Positions 50,774 through 63,527 of a stretch of DNA of 64,000 bases are shown piece by piece. The stretch covers positions 10,478,001 through 10,542,000 of the forward strand of contig OZ287756.1 in the NCBI GenBank assembly GCA_965649765.1, given 5' to 3'. The notes beneath the pieces were generated by a model. It was not told the origin of the DNA and made no database searches. It saw only the letters and a list, made by a program, of their open reading frames with translations. The stretch comes from Bispira polyomma. Its lineage: Eukaryota. The translations under genes were made by a program, and so were the position numbers. Within the stretch, counting starts at the first letter, position 1; every line of letters begins with the position of its first letter.

Positions 50774-52188
50774 CCAGAAACATAAACTAAAAAGGGGGAA
50801 TGAACTGGAGGACATTGACTTAAAGGCTTGTGGGACATATATGTATAGTCGATTTTCTTTGATATAAAGAACGGTACAGTGTTTAAACAAAGCTAAGACT
50901 AAAGTGTCTTCTATTGGTGTGTACTTTTTTCTGCTAGAGATTTAGTGTCTAGCATTTAAGTCCTTTTGTTGTGAATGCCCACCGCAGAACCAGTATACTA
51001 TTATAGGTTGTATTTGTGAATATAACTGGAAGTAATTTTGTTTGTTTTACACAAATTTTTACAAATTCCCCTGAATTAGGTAGAATTTTTATATGTAGAA
51101 GTGAATCATTAAGTAGAATCGGGAGTGTTGGTTTCTTTTGGGTAGATTTTACTTTACTAGTACCACCAATATGACATCCGCCTGGTCCTCCCAATTTTAG
51201 ACTTTCGGGGCAACATTCCAATGGCCTCCATATATACTATTTCAATATGTTATTAGATTTTATTAGAGCTTGAATGTATTTTATAACTAAACATGTATAC
51301 TTTTTTTTCTATAATCACTTAACTGCCCGACAGCTGTCAATATATGGACGTGAATAATTTGTGAAAAGCTTTAAAAAAAGAAAATCATTATGTTTCCTTA
51401 TAGATTGAAGGTACAAAAAATAGTATTAGTAAGCGTGTAGTAAACGAAAATCTTATAGGGGACTGTTTTTCGCTTCATTATGTATTCACTAGGTGGGAAG
51501 TGTGTAGGAACAATAGAAATCAATTTTTCCATTATTTTTCTAATTTTATACCGGCATGCTGATAATTGAGAGGCTAGTGGTTAAGGGGTTAAACCACTTG
51601 AAAACACAATTTATTCAACAAGTTTTTTTTTGGCCATTTTGGAAAAAGACATCAGTAAACAAATGCAGGTGATTCACTGGTGAAGTAAAGTTTGCTCTAT
51701 GGTTTTTTTGTTAAAGTCTGTGTTGTATATTGGATTTGGACAGTGTTGTTAAATTTATTTTTTTTAAAGTTTTCTTTGTATAAGCTTGATGTTTACTGTC
51801 ACCATGGAAGTTTCTTTGTGTTATATATTTGCACATTTGATCATTCACTGTCCATAATAAATGTGCTCATTTTATACATGTAAATATATATTACCGTTTT
51901 TGATTACTGATATACATTGTAAAAATATATTTGTGATGATTGATTCGGCTCTCTATTAGTACTACTGTAGATACTTTTTCAGATATAATACTTTAGTCTA
52001 AAAGTAAAGAATGATTATGTCTATATACGTATTTATGATGTTTTCATGCTTGATACGGGCCGGTTGAATAATTGATTGTAGGACAAAAAGTATTTGGATG
52101 AAGTATTAATGAAAAAATGTTTCCTGTAATTTTTACCAGCTTTAGTAACAACAGAATGGTTAATATCTATTTTATTTTGTTCAGTTCT

Positions 52189-52974
52189 TGTTACGGTCAC
52201 GGGAGCAAGCACGGTAGCAATTACCGGTTGCTTTGAGGTTGTAACAGGAAAAGACAAAAAGTTTCACTTAACAAATTTATTTAACAAATAAAATAACAAT
52301 TACAGAATTACAGTCAACTGAGATACCCTTAATAGTTCACACAATAATACAATAATGAAACCAATCTGACCTGACCACAGTTCTGTCCACATAAAACAAC
52401 AATTAAACAAGTTTGTCCACTGTATCCAGCAATCTGTCTTGAGATCCGCTCAATGTCCATACAATGCCTGTATCCTGTTATCTGTTCAGTGTCCACGAAC
52501 ACAAAATGTATATATCCAGAGAGTCTGCACAACTAAGCTATCCAGTCCAGGATGCAAACAATATCCAATATGCAGTAAATCCAATCTCTGGTAGATCCAC
52601 AACTTTTATCTAGTTCACTCCAATGAGTTCACCACAAAATGTATATAATAAACAGTTTATATCCACAGGAGAAGAAATAAAATGTTTCACAGTATAGCAG
52701 TGTAGTATAGCAGTTCATATAGCACCTCAACTCAATTAACTCTGGTCTGTGGCCAGGCTGTCAGCCTTATATATACAACTGCTAGAGAAGGCTCTAGAAT
52801 ATGTAAACAATCGATAGGACATTCCAGAGATGAGATATACATATGAATACAACTTTAATAACCTTCAGAAACAAAATAGAACCGGCTTCTAGAAGCTTAG
52901 GGGTTTCCCCAAATCTATAAATAGATCACTCTAGCAGAGTGCTTTAACATACCATAATGTCCTTATATGTAACA
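52189..52974 (-). mobile_element. Solo LTR (786 bp), copy 2
   Basis: Highly similar to 22360-23153 and in the same orientation; has its own 5-bp TSD GTTCT (52184-52188 / 52975-52979). Confidence 0.88.
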
Positions 52975-53259
52975 GTTCTTTTCATGAGTTCATGGATTGA
53001 TACAATGAACCGTACTAATTCTCTTCTTTCGTCATATCTTTTTTTGATATTCATGTATACATATTTTTTTTTTTTTATTTTTTGGAAAGGAGGGTTTTGT
53101 ACTATGATTTAAAAAGCAAGGGGGGGGTGGGTGGGGGGTGGGGGGGGGAGGTTCTGTTTATCAGTGTCGGATGTCGATCATTCCCATTTCATTTTTGTCC
53201 TTGCTGCTAAAAAATGTCACTATGTTTAAGTTTTATTTTAACTTTAATTGTGTAAACCT

Positions 53260-53655
53260 GTTGTGCCTTAGAATTTTTCATCAGCATTAATATTAGGCGC
53301 ACTTTTTAGTATATATTTTAAATATAATATACAGCTTTGATATATGACTTTTAAGTGGATGCTTTTCCAAGTAGTTTGCCATGTCTTTTTTTTTGGGTAT
53401 AATTATGTTTTTATGTAATTTTAGGAAATTGATTTGCTGGAAATGTTTGGTATGAGTTTCTGTTGCTTTTTTTGTTATTCATTTGACAGTTTTCTTTTTG
53501 TGATGTTTTTAGGCATAAATAATTGCTGATTCTTATACACATATATGTGTTGGTGTTTTGTGAAGAAGATATTGAGAAGTATAGTTGTGATAATATTTGT
53601 ATCCCTCGTTCAAAAGATGGCATATATATACTGTGCTTTATCGATGCTCATACTC
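53260..53655. repeat. Diverged direct repeat of about 350-400 bp, partner at about 56388-56720
   Basis: Shared tgtgccttagaat..tcatcagca.taatattaggcgcac and aaaagatggcatatatatactgtg. Confidence 0.75.
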
Positions 53656-55891
53656 GTTAAGTTGTGTTATATAATTAGACAGTTGAGCAAATAGTTAGTT
53701 GACTGGCGTCTTTGATGGTTAAAAACATTAAATGTTGTGTAATGATTTAATAATGACTAAGGCATATTAACACACAGATCATTTGTATCTTTTTTCTTTT
53801 TGTTGTGTGTTTTTTTTTTCTCTATTCTTTCAATCATTTAGACATATATACAGTTTTGATCCAAGATGTCTGTTTTGCAATTGTTGTGTTTTGTCCTTTT
53901 GATCATATTTATATCCAAGATATGTTGGCAAATCTATAAAGAAAAATTAGCTGTAGTTTGCTTTGAGACTTTTTGTGTTGGGAACAGAAAATAATATAAA
54001 TATCAAGTAACATGAATGTACCATGTAGTGGAGTATTGTGTCAAGGGTCTAGGATTTTTTTTGTTGGTTTACCTGATGTATTTTGTTTCAGTATTGAGTG
54101 CCAGTACTAAGATATTTCTTAATGTAAGTCTCTTGTATTTCATGACTTTTCAGTATACATATCTATCTGCTCTTGTCGAAAATATTTTACATAATTTTAC
54201 TAGCTCTTACACTAACAGTTTGTACAAGCATATGACTTGTGTATTTGTTGTGTAGAATATATATGTGTAAAAAACTACAGTTTGTGGTGAAATAATTATG
54301 ACTCAACATGTAATTCACAGGACATGGCCTGTTTGCTAGTTTATTTACAAATATATGTGGACTGGTATTTACAAAATATTCTTAGTGTTCGTCTCCACAA
54401 GTACCATCGGGTGTTGTACCATTTGCAGAAAAAACTTGTGGTTTCTGTCTCCAACAAGTGCGATTTGAAAGCATATATACAATTTTGCCAGCCAATATTT
54501 AATATGTAATTAATATTGTCATGACATCACTTCTATGCAATTTTTCCGTGCAGTGCCAAAGCTTCCGTTCCCAGAGCAAAAACTTTTATCACAATCACAA
54601 AGAGTACAGTGGGTTTGTGTGTATAGCGAGAGCTGTATATAATTTCTAAGGAGGAAACAAATTGTACATGGTACAGCGAAAATGGTACTTATGGAAACAT
54701 GGACTTAGTCATAATCTTTTGCATTAACCAATTTGATTTGCTGCAAATATTGTTGGAACCCTGATTGGCTGATAGGAACAAAAATTCAAATGATTTGTAT
54801 TTGTAGGAATGTTTTTGAGAGTATATGTTTTGAGAAGCTATGTTTGTAGTCAAACCTGTTTTAAGTAGAATTCTGTCAATTCCATTTCACTTTGATGTGG
54901 AGAAAAAAATGGGCAGTCCTACATAGACCTTTGTCCTTTATCTATTAAACCTACCCTGTTAAGTGGAAATTCTGCTTAAGTAGATATATCCTGGTCCATT
55001 GAGGTTTGACTTAAAACGGGTTCAAATGTATTCTATGTTTTTTTTAATATAATTATATTTCTTGGTAGTAATTTTTCATTTTAGGAATGATTTTTTAGTA
55101 TAGGTGAATCTTATATAAGTGATATGATTGTATTTTAACTAAGTTTGTATACAATGTACTGCTTTATTTGTGATATGTTTTCTTTCACCTTTTGTATCTT
55201 AAAAGCATTGAGCATTAGTATTGTGTAGGTAAACTCTTAAATTGTTTCTTCTTATTAAGGAAGTATTGTCCTAAAACCTAGTACCAAGATGTACCAAAAT
55301 GTACCAAGATTTAAACTTTTTTAAATGTCATTGTAAGTGTAATTTTCAACTGGCTTTAAAATCTGGGTATATTTTGTCCTAAATCATTTTGTCCAGGTTT
55401 GTTTTGTCTCGGTTCGATTTGTTTGTCTCCCCACCAGTAATGAAAGTCTCGAGCCTAACTCAGACTCAACCTCAAACTCTTACTGTGTGATTCGTCTCTC
55501 TGGCTAGAGTGAAGTGTAAGTCAAAGGCTGAGTGCTTAGTTATTGAAATTTAGTGCTCAGAAAATGCCTCCCCAGTTTGGGTTACATGTTGAAAATATAA
55601 AAATTAACAGAAAAATTAAGTTCACAGAACCTTAACTTGAGTTTAAGTCAGAGTATAAGTTTGATTTTACTTTTGGAGAATCTATGGATCCTGGTATTTG
55701 ACCAGTTGTGGTGTGTTATGTTGCACGGATGAGCTGTATATGGTATTCTGTGTATATAATGTAGTACTTATTAGTAAAAATATAAACTCTCTTTTTAGGT
55801 TATTGTATAAGGGCTTGCTTGTGCATAAGATATCCAAGCATATGTATTTTGTGTGTTTGTCCGTCTCACTTTTTAATAGGAAACTTATTCA

Positions 55892-56206
55892 CCCTTTTGA
55901 CTCCTAGGTTTTTGGTCAAGCGGTCAACGGCATGTAATTGTTGCTCACAAAACCTAAGTGTCTGTCAGCAAGCAGTCGACATCCCCCCTAATATTATTTT
56001 TTAAATTTTTTGTTCAGTTCCTAGCAATAGTAAATTGTTAGTACAGCAGATTCATTTCGGTTTAAAATTTAATCATATGCCAAGTCGCTTTTTGAATGCC
56101 AGAATTAGTTTTTGTTTTAGTGACTCCAACTGTCTGTAACATATTACCCGAAAAATTTCCTTCAGTTCCCCAGCAATAGTTTTATCTTGGGGTCAAAAAA
56201 GGTTAA
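55892..56206 (+). mobile_element. piggyBac-type MITE, copy 4
   Basis: cccttttgactcctagg ... ggggtcaaaaaaggttaa. Confidence 0.68.
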
Positions 56207-57281
56207 ATATTATACTATAGAAAATTACTCTGTATATTCTGTACTTGCAATGTAGGTAATTTAGCCTATTATTGATCTCTTTTGTGGTTGTAATTTTCTA
56301 TTGTAATTGTAATTTTCTTTTGTAATTGTAATTTTCTTTTATGATTGTAACATTATAATGTAATGTTTTAAAAACAGTTTACGATATTGTGTGCCTTAGA
56401 ATGTTTCATCAGCAATAATATTAGGCGCACCTTTTAGTATATAATTTGAATATCTTATACAGCGTTGATATATGACATTTAAATAGATGCTTTTGCAAGT
56501 AGTTCATTTGCTGTGTATATTCTGTTATTGTGTGATTATGTAAATGCAATTTTGGGAACTTTATTGTTAAAAATGTTTTTTTTTTCTTAATTGTTGATTT
56601 GTTGTACACTTATACATGTTGGTGTTTTATAGCAAAGATATTGAAAAGTGTAGGCTTGATAATATTTGTATCCCCCTGACAAAAGATGGCATATATATAC
56701 TGTGGTTTATTGATGGTCATACCACCACCACAATAGCTGCACCTGAATCACTTATTTTTCCCTTATTGAAGGACAATTAAACAACATTTGTAGGAATTCT
56801 TTCAAATTCGGGCTGTGTATTTAGGCTGTATTTATATTGAAAATGACTACAGTACAAAAACCATAAAAAACTAGCAATTTTTTTTACCTTTTCATGCACT
56901 AAGGCACGTCAGCTATTGCAGGGGAATATAGGAATATATTCATGGACAAAAGTACCTGACTTTGTCAAGATTAGATCCACTTCTGTGGATTTAACGTGTA
57001 GAATTTCTCTGTATGAAGGCCACTATATGTTCCCGTTCGGGGGATACATTTGGTGGTTATTTACTGATATAGGAGTTAACACTAATGTTCTATTGTTCAG
57101 TGATTGTGTGATGTGTTTTTAATTTGAATGAATATGTAGGACTGACTGCAGCACTTGCCCCTTGGCCTCAGCCCACCCTGTAAAAATCAATAGAAAAAGT
57201 CCACAAGTAAATTTTTCTAAGGGTCAAGGGGTTATAGGTTTGAGTCAGTGCCCACAGCTGTGTACTGATTGAAGAACATGC

Positions 57282-57313
57282 AATAAAACACCAATATGAA
57301 ATAGAGTTTTATT
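57282..57313. terminator. Candidate back-to-back polyadenylation signals (AATAAA on +, AATAAA on -)
   Basis: aataaa at 57282-57287 and tttatt at 57308-57313, between the two convergent genes. Confidence 0.3.
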
Positions 57314-58479
57314 GACAAAAGACAATATAGTCACAGTACACACAAGTTTGTCATTTCAACTGGCCCAAACACAAAAAGGTTCCATCGTCAACCTTGTGGG
57401 CTCAGTACACAAGGAGCAGTGCTGGTAATCTATACTATGAAATGTAAGTTTTACACTGCATAAGCACAACTAGCTATACCTAGTTACCTACATATATAGA
57501 AAATACACTGTGATGTCACAATGGGCAAGCACCGTGTTGTTAACGATCAACAAATGACATTCAAATCATTTGAGCACTGTAAATGTGAAATGAGTCTTGC
57601 CACTCATTTATACTCATTCATAATACACTATACATCTTCCGACAGCCTATCAAGTGTGCTTTCGAATGATATTTAGTATAGTCTGTTTGGGTTTTACTAA
57701 ATGAGTAACTAACAACAAACATTTAGCATACCCTGATTTTGCATTGTCCAAGAAAGTGGTAGATTTCCTGTATCAGAAGTATGTCTGAAACTATTTATTA
57801 AATCCCTATATTTTTAATGTTACAATACCATTTCATATTCTAGAGATTCTGAGGCTTCACAAAAAACATAAATTTGTGAAGATCTGAGTGGGGAAAGGGT
57901 GTTATGTGTGCACCCGATTTCGCCTGTGGCTTAATACAGTAAACACTGCAAGGTGTTGACTCTCAAAAGAGCAATATTTATACAAGCACTGCATCCCTAA
58001 AGGTCAAACACCAAGTGTCTGTGGTAACACACTTGTGGCTCTATAGAGCACCGCGCCCAGTTTGTATGAGCTAATTTGACTCAGATGACATATTATGTAC
58101 AATCTAACTGGTGTAAGATGACCATGTGTATAAAATTGGTTTATATTTGTTTATTGGTTTGCTTAATTACCTCTAGTTTAAGCCATATTTCCACTTACCA
58201 GGGTAGTGCCTAGCATTACAATTTGACACAGGAGTTTTAATTTGGCACAACGAAGACAACATTTAAAAAAAGTTTGTTTTCAAAAAATTTTGACAAAAGT
58301 AAAAGTGTGTAAAATGGTTCTAAACATATATTGAAATTTGTAGGGGAGAAAATTGAAACACACAGTTTGATGTTTTATTTGTGTTTGATGTCACTTTCCA
58401 AATTCTTGATCTTATTACAATTACCAGTTCATTGATGGTAGAGGAAACAGCAATTTTTATCTGTAAACTATTGACATAC

Positions 58480-58601
58480 CTACTTCTTTCCTTACGACTT
58501 TGCTATACCCATGGACTTTATGATTGAATCGATAATTCTGTTGTTGCGCTTTAGAAGATGCCTAGCATCAATAAAACGCGTTAAAAATTCATAAAAATAA
58601 T
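58480..58601 (+). mobile_element. L2 LINE 3' UTR fragment
   Basis: Near match to 25045-25165 (ttccttacgactttgctat...ttagaagatgcctagcatcaataaa). Confidence 0.8.
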
Positions 58602-58846
58602 ACCTATCAAATAGTTTTCTAAATGAACAAATAACAATTTTAATAGATTTGGGTTTTTGCATATGGGCCTATTGTGTCAGAGCAAGATTATTGGAGGAGG
58701 AAAGGCACTACCTTTCTGAATACCACTGACCTACCGTAAGTGTATATCTGGCAACCATTCCCACAAGAAAGCAACTGTGGGATTTCATCCTACTGTCCTC
58801 AAGAGTGAAGAGTGCCAGTGATATGAAAGAAGACCTTTGTTTGGGT

Positions 58847-59040
58847 CTATTACATGCCATCTGTTTCTATTACATGCCATCTGTTTCATGCCATCTGTTT
58901 CTATTACATGCCATCTGTTTCTATTACATGCCATCTATTACATGCCATCTGTTTCTATTACATGCCATCTGTTTCTATTACATGCCATCTATTACTATTA
59001 CATTTTTAATCTTTTGCAGTGCCATCTATTACTTTCTATT
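58847..59040. repeat. 20-bp minisatellite (ctattacatgccatctgttt)n
   Basis: About 8-9 imperfect copies. Confidence 0.88.
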
Positions 59041-59184
59041 TCTTTCAGGATGATAAACTGTAAGATAAAAGCAACATAGAAACTTTAATTTTTGTTAGAA
59101 CAATAATACATCTGGCCAATAGGTGACCGCAACCTGCTTCCTGATATGGAACTAGCAAAGATGACAAACACTGTCATTTTGAAT

Positions 59185-59365
59185 ATAGTTGGGTTTTTAC
59201 GTCGCTTTCAGCAGCTTAGGTCATATAACAATGGCCAGATTTAAAGTTAGTGGGAACCACTCGCCTGCGGCAAGTACCTGACAAATGTTTCCCAGATGGA
59301 GGAATGAACAGGATTCAAATTCCTTTTGGTGAAAGGTTAGTGATTATGAAGCTTGTATTAGGCTG
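59185..59365 (-). mobile_element. Degenerate SINE, family B
   Basis: Reverse complement of the family B core and 3' end. 3' fragments also occur at about 60533-60645 and 61737-61849 (+), and a very decayed copy at about 58690-58825 (-). Confidence 0.62.
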
Positions 59366-59596
59366 CTTCAATCCCGAGCACAGTATGAAGACTACAAATA
59401 TTTTTTAAAGAGTTCTATTGCTTATGTATTTAATTTTACTGTAGTGTTTTTTTTTTGCAACATTCTGGTTAATAAACCGGCTGAACTACCACCATTGGAA
59501 TATTACCTCATTCTATTTTACTCGTAAACATATATAGCCTCCGATTAAACCAAAATTAACCATGCCAAAAGAACGGTTTTAATGAGTGAAAATAGT

Positions 59597-62004
59597 ACTT
59601 TTTAACCCGCCTGCCATAATAAATTTTGTGTGAGAAAGACAATGGAATGCAAAAGACATTCAGCATTTTAATGTGTATGACCAAGGCATTTGCCAGACTG
59701 ACAAAAAGTGTAATTCGTCTAGAAACACTCCAGGAATTGCATGTATGAAAATTGATTATGATTTCTATGTCTGTTCACCTCGATAATATAGTTTTAAAAA
59801 ACCACATATTCTCATTGCCACATTGATTATCTGGAATACACCTCAGATATTCGGTTTACAATAAATGATAAAGACAAGACTAACGGCCATAATAGGGTAT
59901 TTTACACACAAATGTTGACCGTCAATTAACATGAGTTTAAGAATACATCAAATAATAAACACTCAAAATAGCAACTTTTAAGTTTCAAAAATATAAAGCT
60001 ATAAATATATAGACATTCCTATAATGAGATGATAAAATAATGTTTGTGTAATAAATTATTCCTTTATTAACAAAATTGTTTTTCTTTTCATAACAACAGG
60101 ACCATCTCTCCACAGAAAGCCATTATCAGTACTGCCATAGAAGAGCATGTTATGACTCCCTGGTTACAGTTATCAGTATCACAGTAGCACGTTGTGGTCT
60201 TGCCACCACAGTTATCTTCTAGATTACATGTTTTACAAACACTGGCCTCAGTCTCACCAGTCACACCCATATACTCAGTGTTATAGCAGGATCTAGATAC
60301 GGTATAGTAACCTGAAACAAACGCAAGGATATATTGGTTAGATATTGGGGCAAGTCTCTCATATATAGTCAAATGTGGCTGTAACAAAGAACTAGAGATA
60401 CTGTGGTAGACTGAAATAATACAAGAGCAAGAATTGTTGAAGCTGACATCACACATTATCGACAAAAAATACACGACTGTGGTGATAATTTATTTAAGCT
60501 TGTTGTCATTGTTCATTTGCATTCAACTGGACACAGGTCAGTGGTTTATAGTGACTTCAGCACTGCTTTCTTCCACCATTTAATCTGCCCATCGTGATAT
60601 GACCGAAGCTGTTTAAAGCGACATAAAGCCCAACTAATTTCAAATGTTATAAAGTTTGTTTTATTTAATATTATTTTAGGTAACTGTGACTACTACTAGG
60701 CAAATCGTATATTATTATAAAAAAATACATTGCAATTTTATCAAAACTTAGCAGATGCGAGGCATCTTCTTAAGTGCAACAACATAATCGGTAAACCAAC
60801 ACTTTTTAACCCGCCTGCCATAATAAATTTTGTGTGAGAAAGACAATGGAATGCAAAAGACATTCAGCATTTTAATGTGTATGACCAAGGCATTTGCCAG
60901 ACTGACAAAAAGTGTAATTCGTCTAGAAACACTCCAGGAATTGCATGTATGAAAATTGATTATGATTTCTATGTCTGTTCACCTCGATAATATAGTTTTA
61001 AAAAACCACATATTCTCATTGCCACATTGATTATCTGGAATACACCTCAGATATTCGGTTTACAATAAATGATAAAGACAAGACTAACGGCCATAATAGG
61101 GTATTTTACACACAAATGTTGACCGTCAATTAACATGAGTTTAAGAATACATCAAATAATAAACACTCAAAATAGCAACTTTTAAGTTTCAAAAATATAA
61201 AGCTATAAATATATAGACATTCCTATAATGAGATGATAAAATAATGTTTGTGTAATAAATTATTCCTTTATTAACAAAATTGTTTTTCTTTTCATAACAA
61301 CAGGACCATCTCTCCACAGAAAGCCATTATCAGTACTGCCATAGAAGAGCATGTTATGACTCCCTGGTTACAGTTATCAGTATCACAGTAGCACGTTGTG
61401 GTCTTGCCACCACAGTTATCTTCTAGATTACATGTTTTACAAACACTGGCCTCAGTCTCACCAGTCACACCCATATACTCAGTGTTATAGCAGGATCTAG
61501 ATACGGTATAGTAACCTGAAACAAACGCAAGGATATATTGGTTAGATATTGGGGCAAGTCTCTCATATATAGTCAAATGTGGCTGTAACAAAGAACTAGA
61601 GATACTGTGGTAGACTGAAATAATACAAGAGCAAGAATTGTTGAAGCTGACATCACACATTATCGACAAAAAATACACGACTGTGGTGATAATTTATTTA
61701 AGCTTGTTGTCATTGTTCATTTGCATTCAACTGGACACAGGTCAGTGGTTTATAGTGACTTCAGCACTGCTTTCTTCCACCATTTAATCTGCCCATCGTG
61801 ATATGACCGAAGCTGTTTAAAGCGACATAAAGCCCAACTAATTTCAAATGTTATAAAGTTTGTTTTATTTAATATTATTTTAGGTAACTGTGACTACTAC
61901 TAGGCAAATCGTATATTATTATAAAAAAATACATTGCAATTTTATCAAAACTTAGCAGATGCGAGGCATCTTCTTAAGTGCAAAACCATAATCGGTAAAC
62001 CAAC
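59597..62004. repeat. 1,204-bp tandem duplication (59597-60800 / 60801-62004)
   Basis: Copies read as identical except near the right end (gtgcaacaacata vs gtgcaaaaccata). Confidence 0.92.
60088..60311 (-). CDS. Duplicate copy of the Ly6 terminal exon (orphan or alternative last exon)
   Basis: Same translation as 61292-61515 at an offset of 1,204 bp; intact acceptor, stop codon and downstream AATAAA. Confidence 0.6.
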
Positions 62005-63527
62005 AGAGAAGTCCAAAAACATAACAAGGTAGTAAGAAAGGATGTAGAGGGTGTACAAGGAGGGAACTGGGCAGGTTAGGCGAATTTGAAGAGGTGGGTT
62101 TTTAAGGGACACTCTTCCACAATGTTTACCATTGAAGTAGACGGTCTTCTGTTTCAGGCAATAGTCACAGTCCTCTACCTCTGCCATGTCACTTGTATCT
62201 GGACTGTCTGCACACTCCTCACTGTTGTAACACAACCAACATTTGATGGCCTCACCTACATACATACACATTGTTAATGTTTTTACTTCTACAGTGCAAC
62301 AATTGATGACTAGGCATCCTCTGTGGTGCACATTCCAATCAGCATGCAAAAGAATAGCCCGATAAGAGAAAAAGGTTGTGATCAGAGTTCAGTCATGACC
62401 AGCAGACGAACGTGATGGAGGAAAAGCGAGTTGATACAGACGTGTTTTGAGCATTTTACTGAATCTGGTAATCCGTGTCCCTGCAACTGCAACTTTGAAT
62501 GATTTTGAACCAGCTAGTTTTTGGGGAGTAATAAGCCAGAGCTTGAGAGATGCCCTCTGGTAAGATAGCTGAGAGACACCATGGGTGACAAATAGGCAGG
62601 TTGCTGCACATGGACAGTCTTAAAAATGAGGACATTTACCTTGAATTAAATACCGCAGTACACTAGCTGAAGTCCGGTGGTTTACAGAGGTGAGAAACCT
62701 CTTGGCTAACAAATACCCTGTTCTAATTTTCTGGCACTGGTGAACTGCAAGTCATGATATGATAACACAAGATGTGCTGAATGCGAAACTAAAACAAGAC
62801 CAATGAAACTTAGGGAATGCAATATTGAGTGCTTCATAATATGGCATTATAATGTATCGAGGAACAGAGTCAAACTACATGCTAAGCTATTAATATTTAA
62901 CTTTATTATATTTATATCCCTAACTGAACAAAGTAAAGCAGTAATATTAGCGCTGGAAATCAACTTCAGCGTACCCTGGGCAACCTACTAAGTATATAAG
63001 TCAAAGTGGTCAAAGGTCATTTATTTTCAAAATTCAATATATAACATGACACGGTTGTGTCGGCGGTTCCGATAAGCCAAAAGCCGCGGTAAAATTCTGC
63101 ATATACCCTAGCTTGTCGGGTGTTATTCCTATATTTACACCAGGAAACATTTAACAACTGTATTAAATACCTAGCATACAGGGTCCGTATTCACAAAAGG
63201 AATTAGCCAAGTCTTAGGCTTAAATCTAGCACAAAAGTATACTGATTTAAGCCTAAGACCTGGCTGAGCCCTTTCGTGAATACCGGCCCTGGGCCACAAT
63301 AAAACTAGGATACATGGCTAAGCCGATAATATATACAATATTACTTGTAATATTCGAATATGCAGACTGATATTTGTAAAACTAATTCCACATTGATTAT
63401 TGTTATGGAAACAAATTAACAAAACAAGATCAAATAAATACCGGTAAATATATATATCTGGAGACATACCTCTACATATTACAGTCAGACCAGCCAATCC
63501 AAACAATGCCCATTGGTAGAACGACAT
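61292..63527 (-). CDS. Ly6/uPAR three-finger (quiver/sleepless-like) protein, 135 aa, probably GPI-anchored; complement(join(61292-61515,62130-62255,63470-63527))
   Basis: Signal peptide MSFYQWALFGLAGLTVICRG; phase-1 GT-AG introns; IKCWLC...CDYC...RSC...CYCDTDNCN motif; hydrophobic C-terminal tail. Confidence 0.88.
61930..62120 (-). mobile_element. L2 LINE 3' end fragment
   Basis: Minus strand LKTHLFKFA* followed by a 3' UTR similar to 25020-25160 (aagaagatgcctcgcatc). Confidence 0.6.
62480..62655 (-). mobile_element. L2 LINE RT C-terminal fragment
   Basis: Minus strand FKVNVLIFKTVHVQQPAYLSPMVSLSYLTRG..KLAGSKSFKVA vs [41 protein letters not shown]. Confidence 0.65.
63179..63291. mobile_element. 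113-bp palindromic MITE, copy 2 (Ly6 intron 1)
   Basis: Same element as 50161-50273, in inverted orientation. Confidence 0.85.

Noticed and set aside
22360-52974. A single 30-kb LTR retroelement that captured sacsin
   Set aside because: Each LTR has its own matching TSD, the outer flanks differ (CCATG vs GTTCT), there is no gag/pol, and the gene keeps its introns.
58805-59079. Cys/His-rich repeat ORFs
   Set aside because: Translations of a 20-bp minisatellite.
60088-60474. Stand-alone 128-aa genes at 60088-60474 and 61292-61678
   Set aside because: Their N-terminal halves are intron sequence; only the part after the acceptor (60311 / 61515) is Ly6-like.
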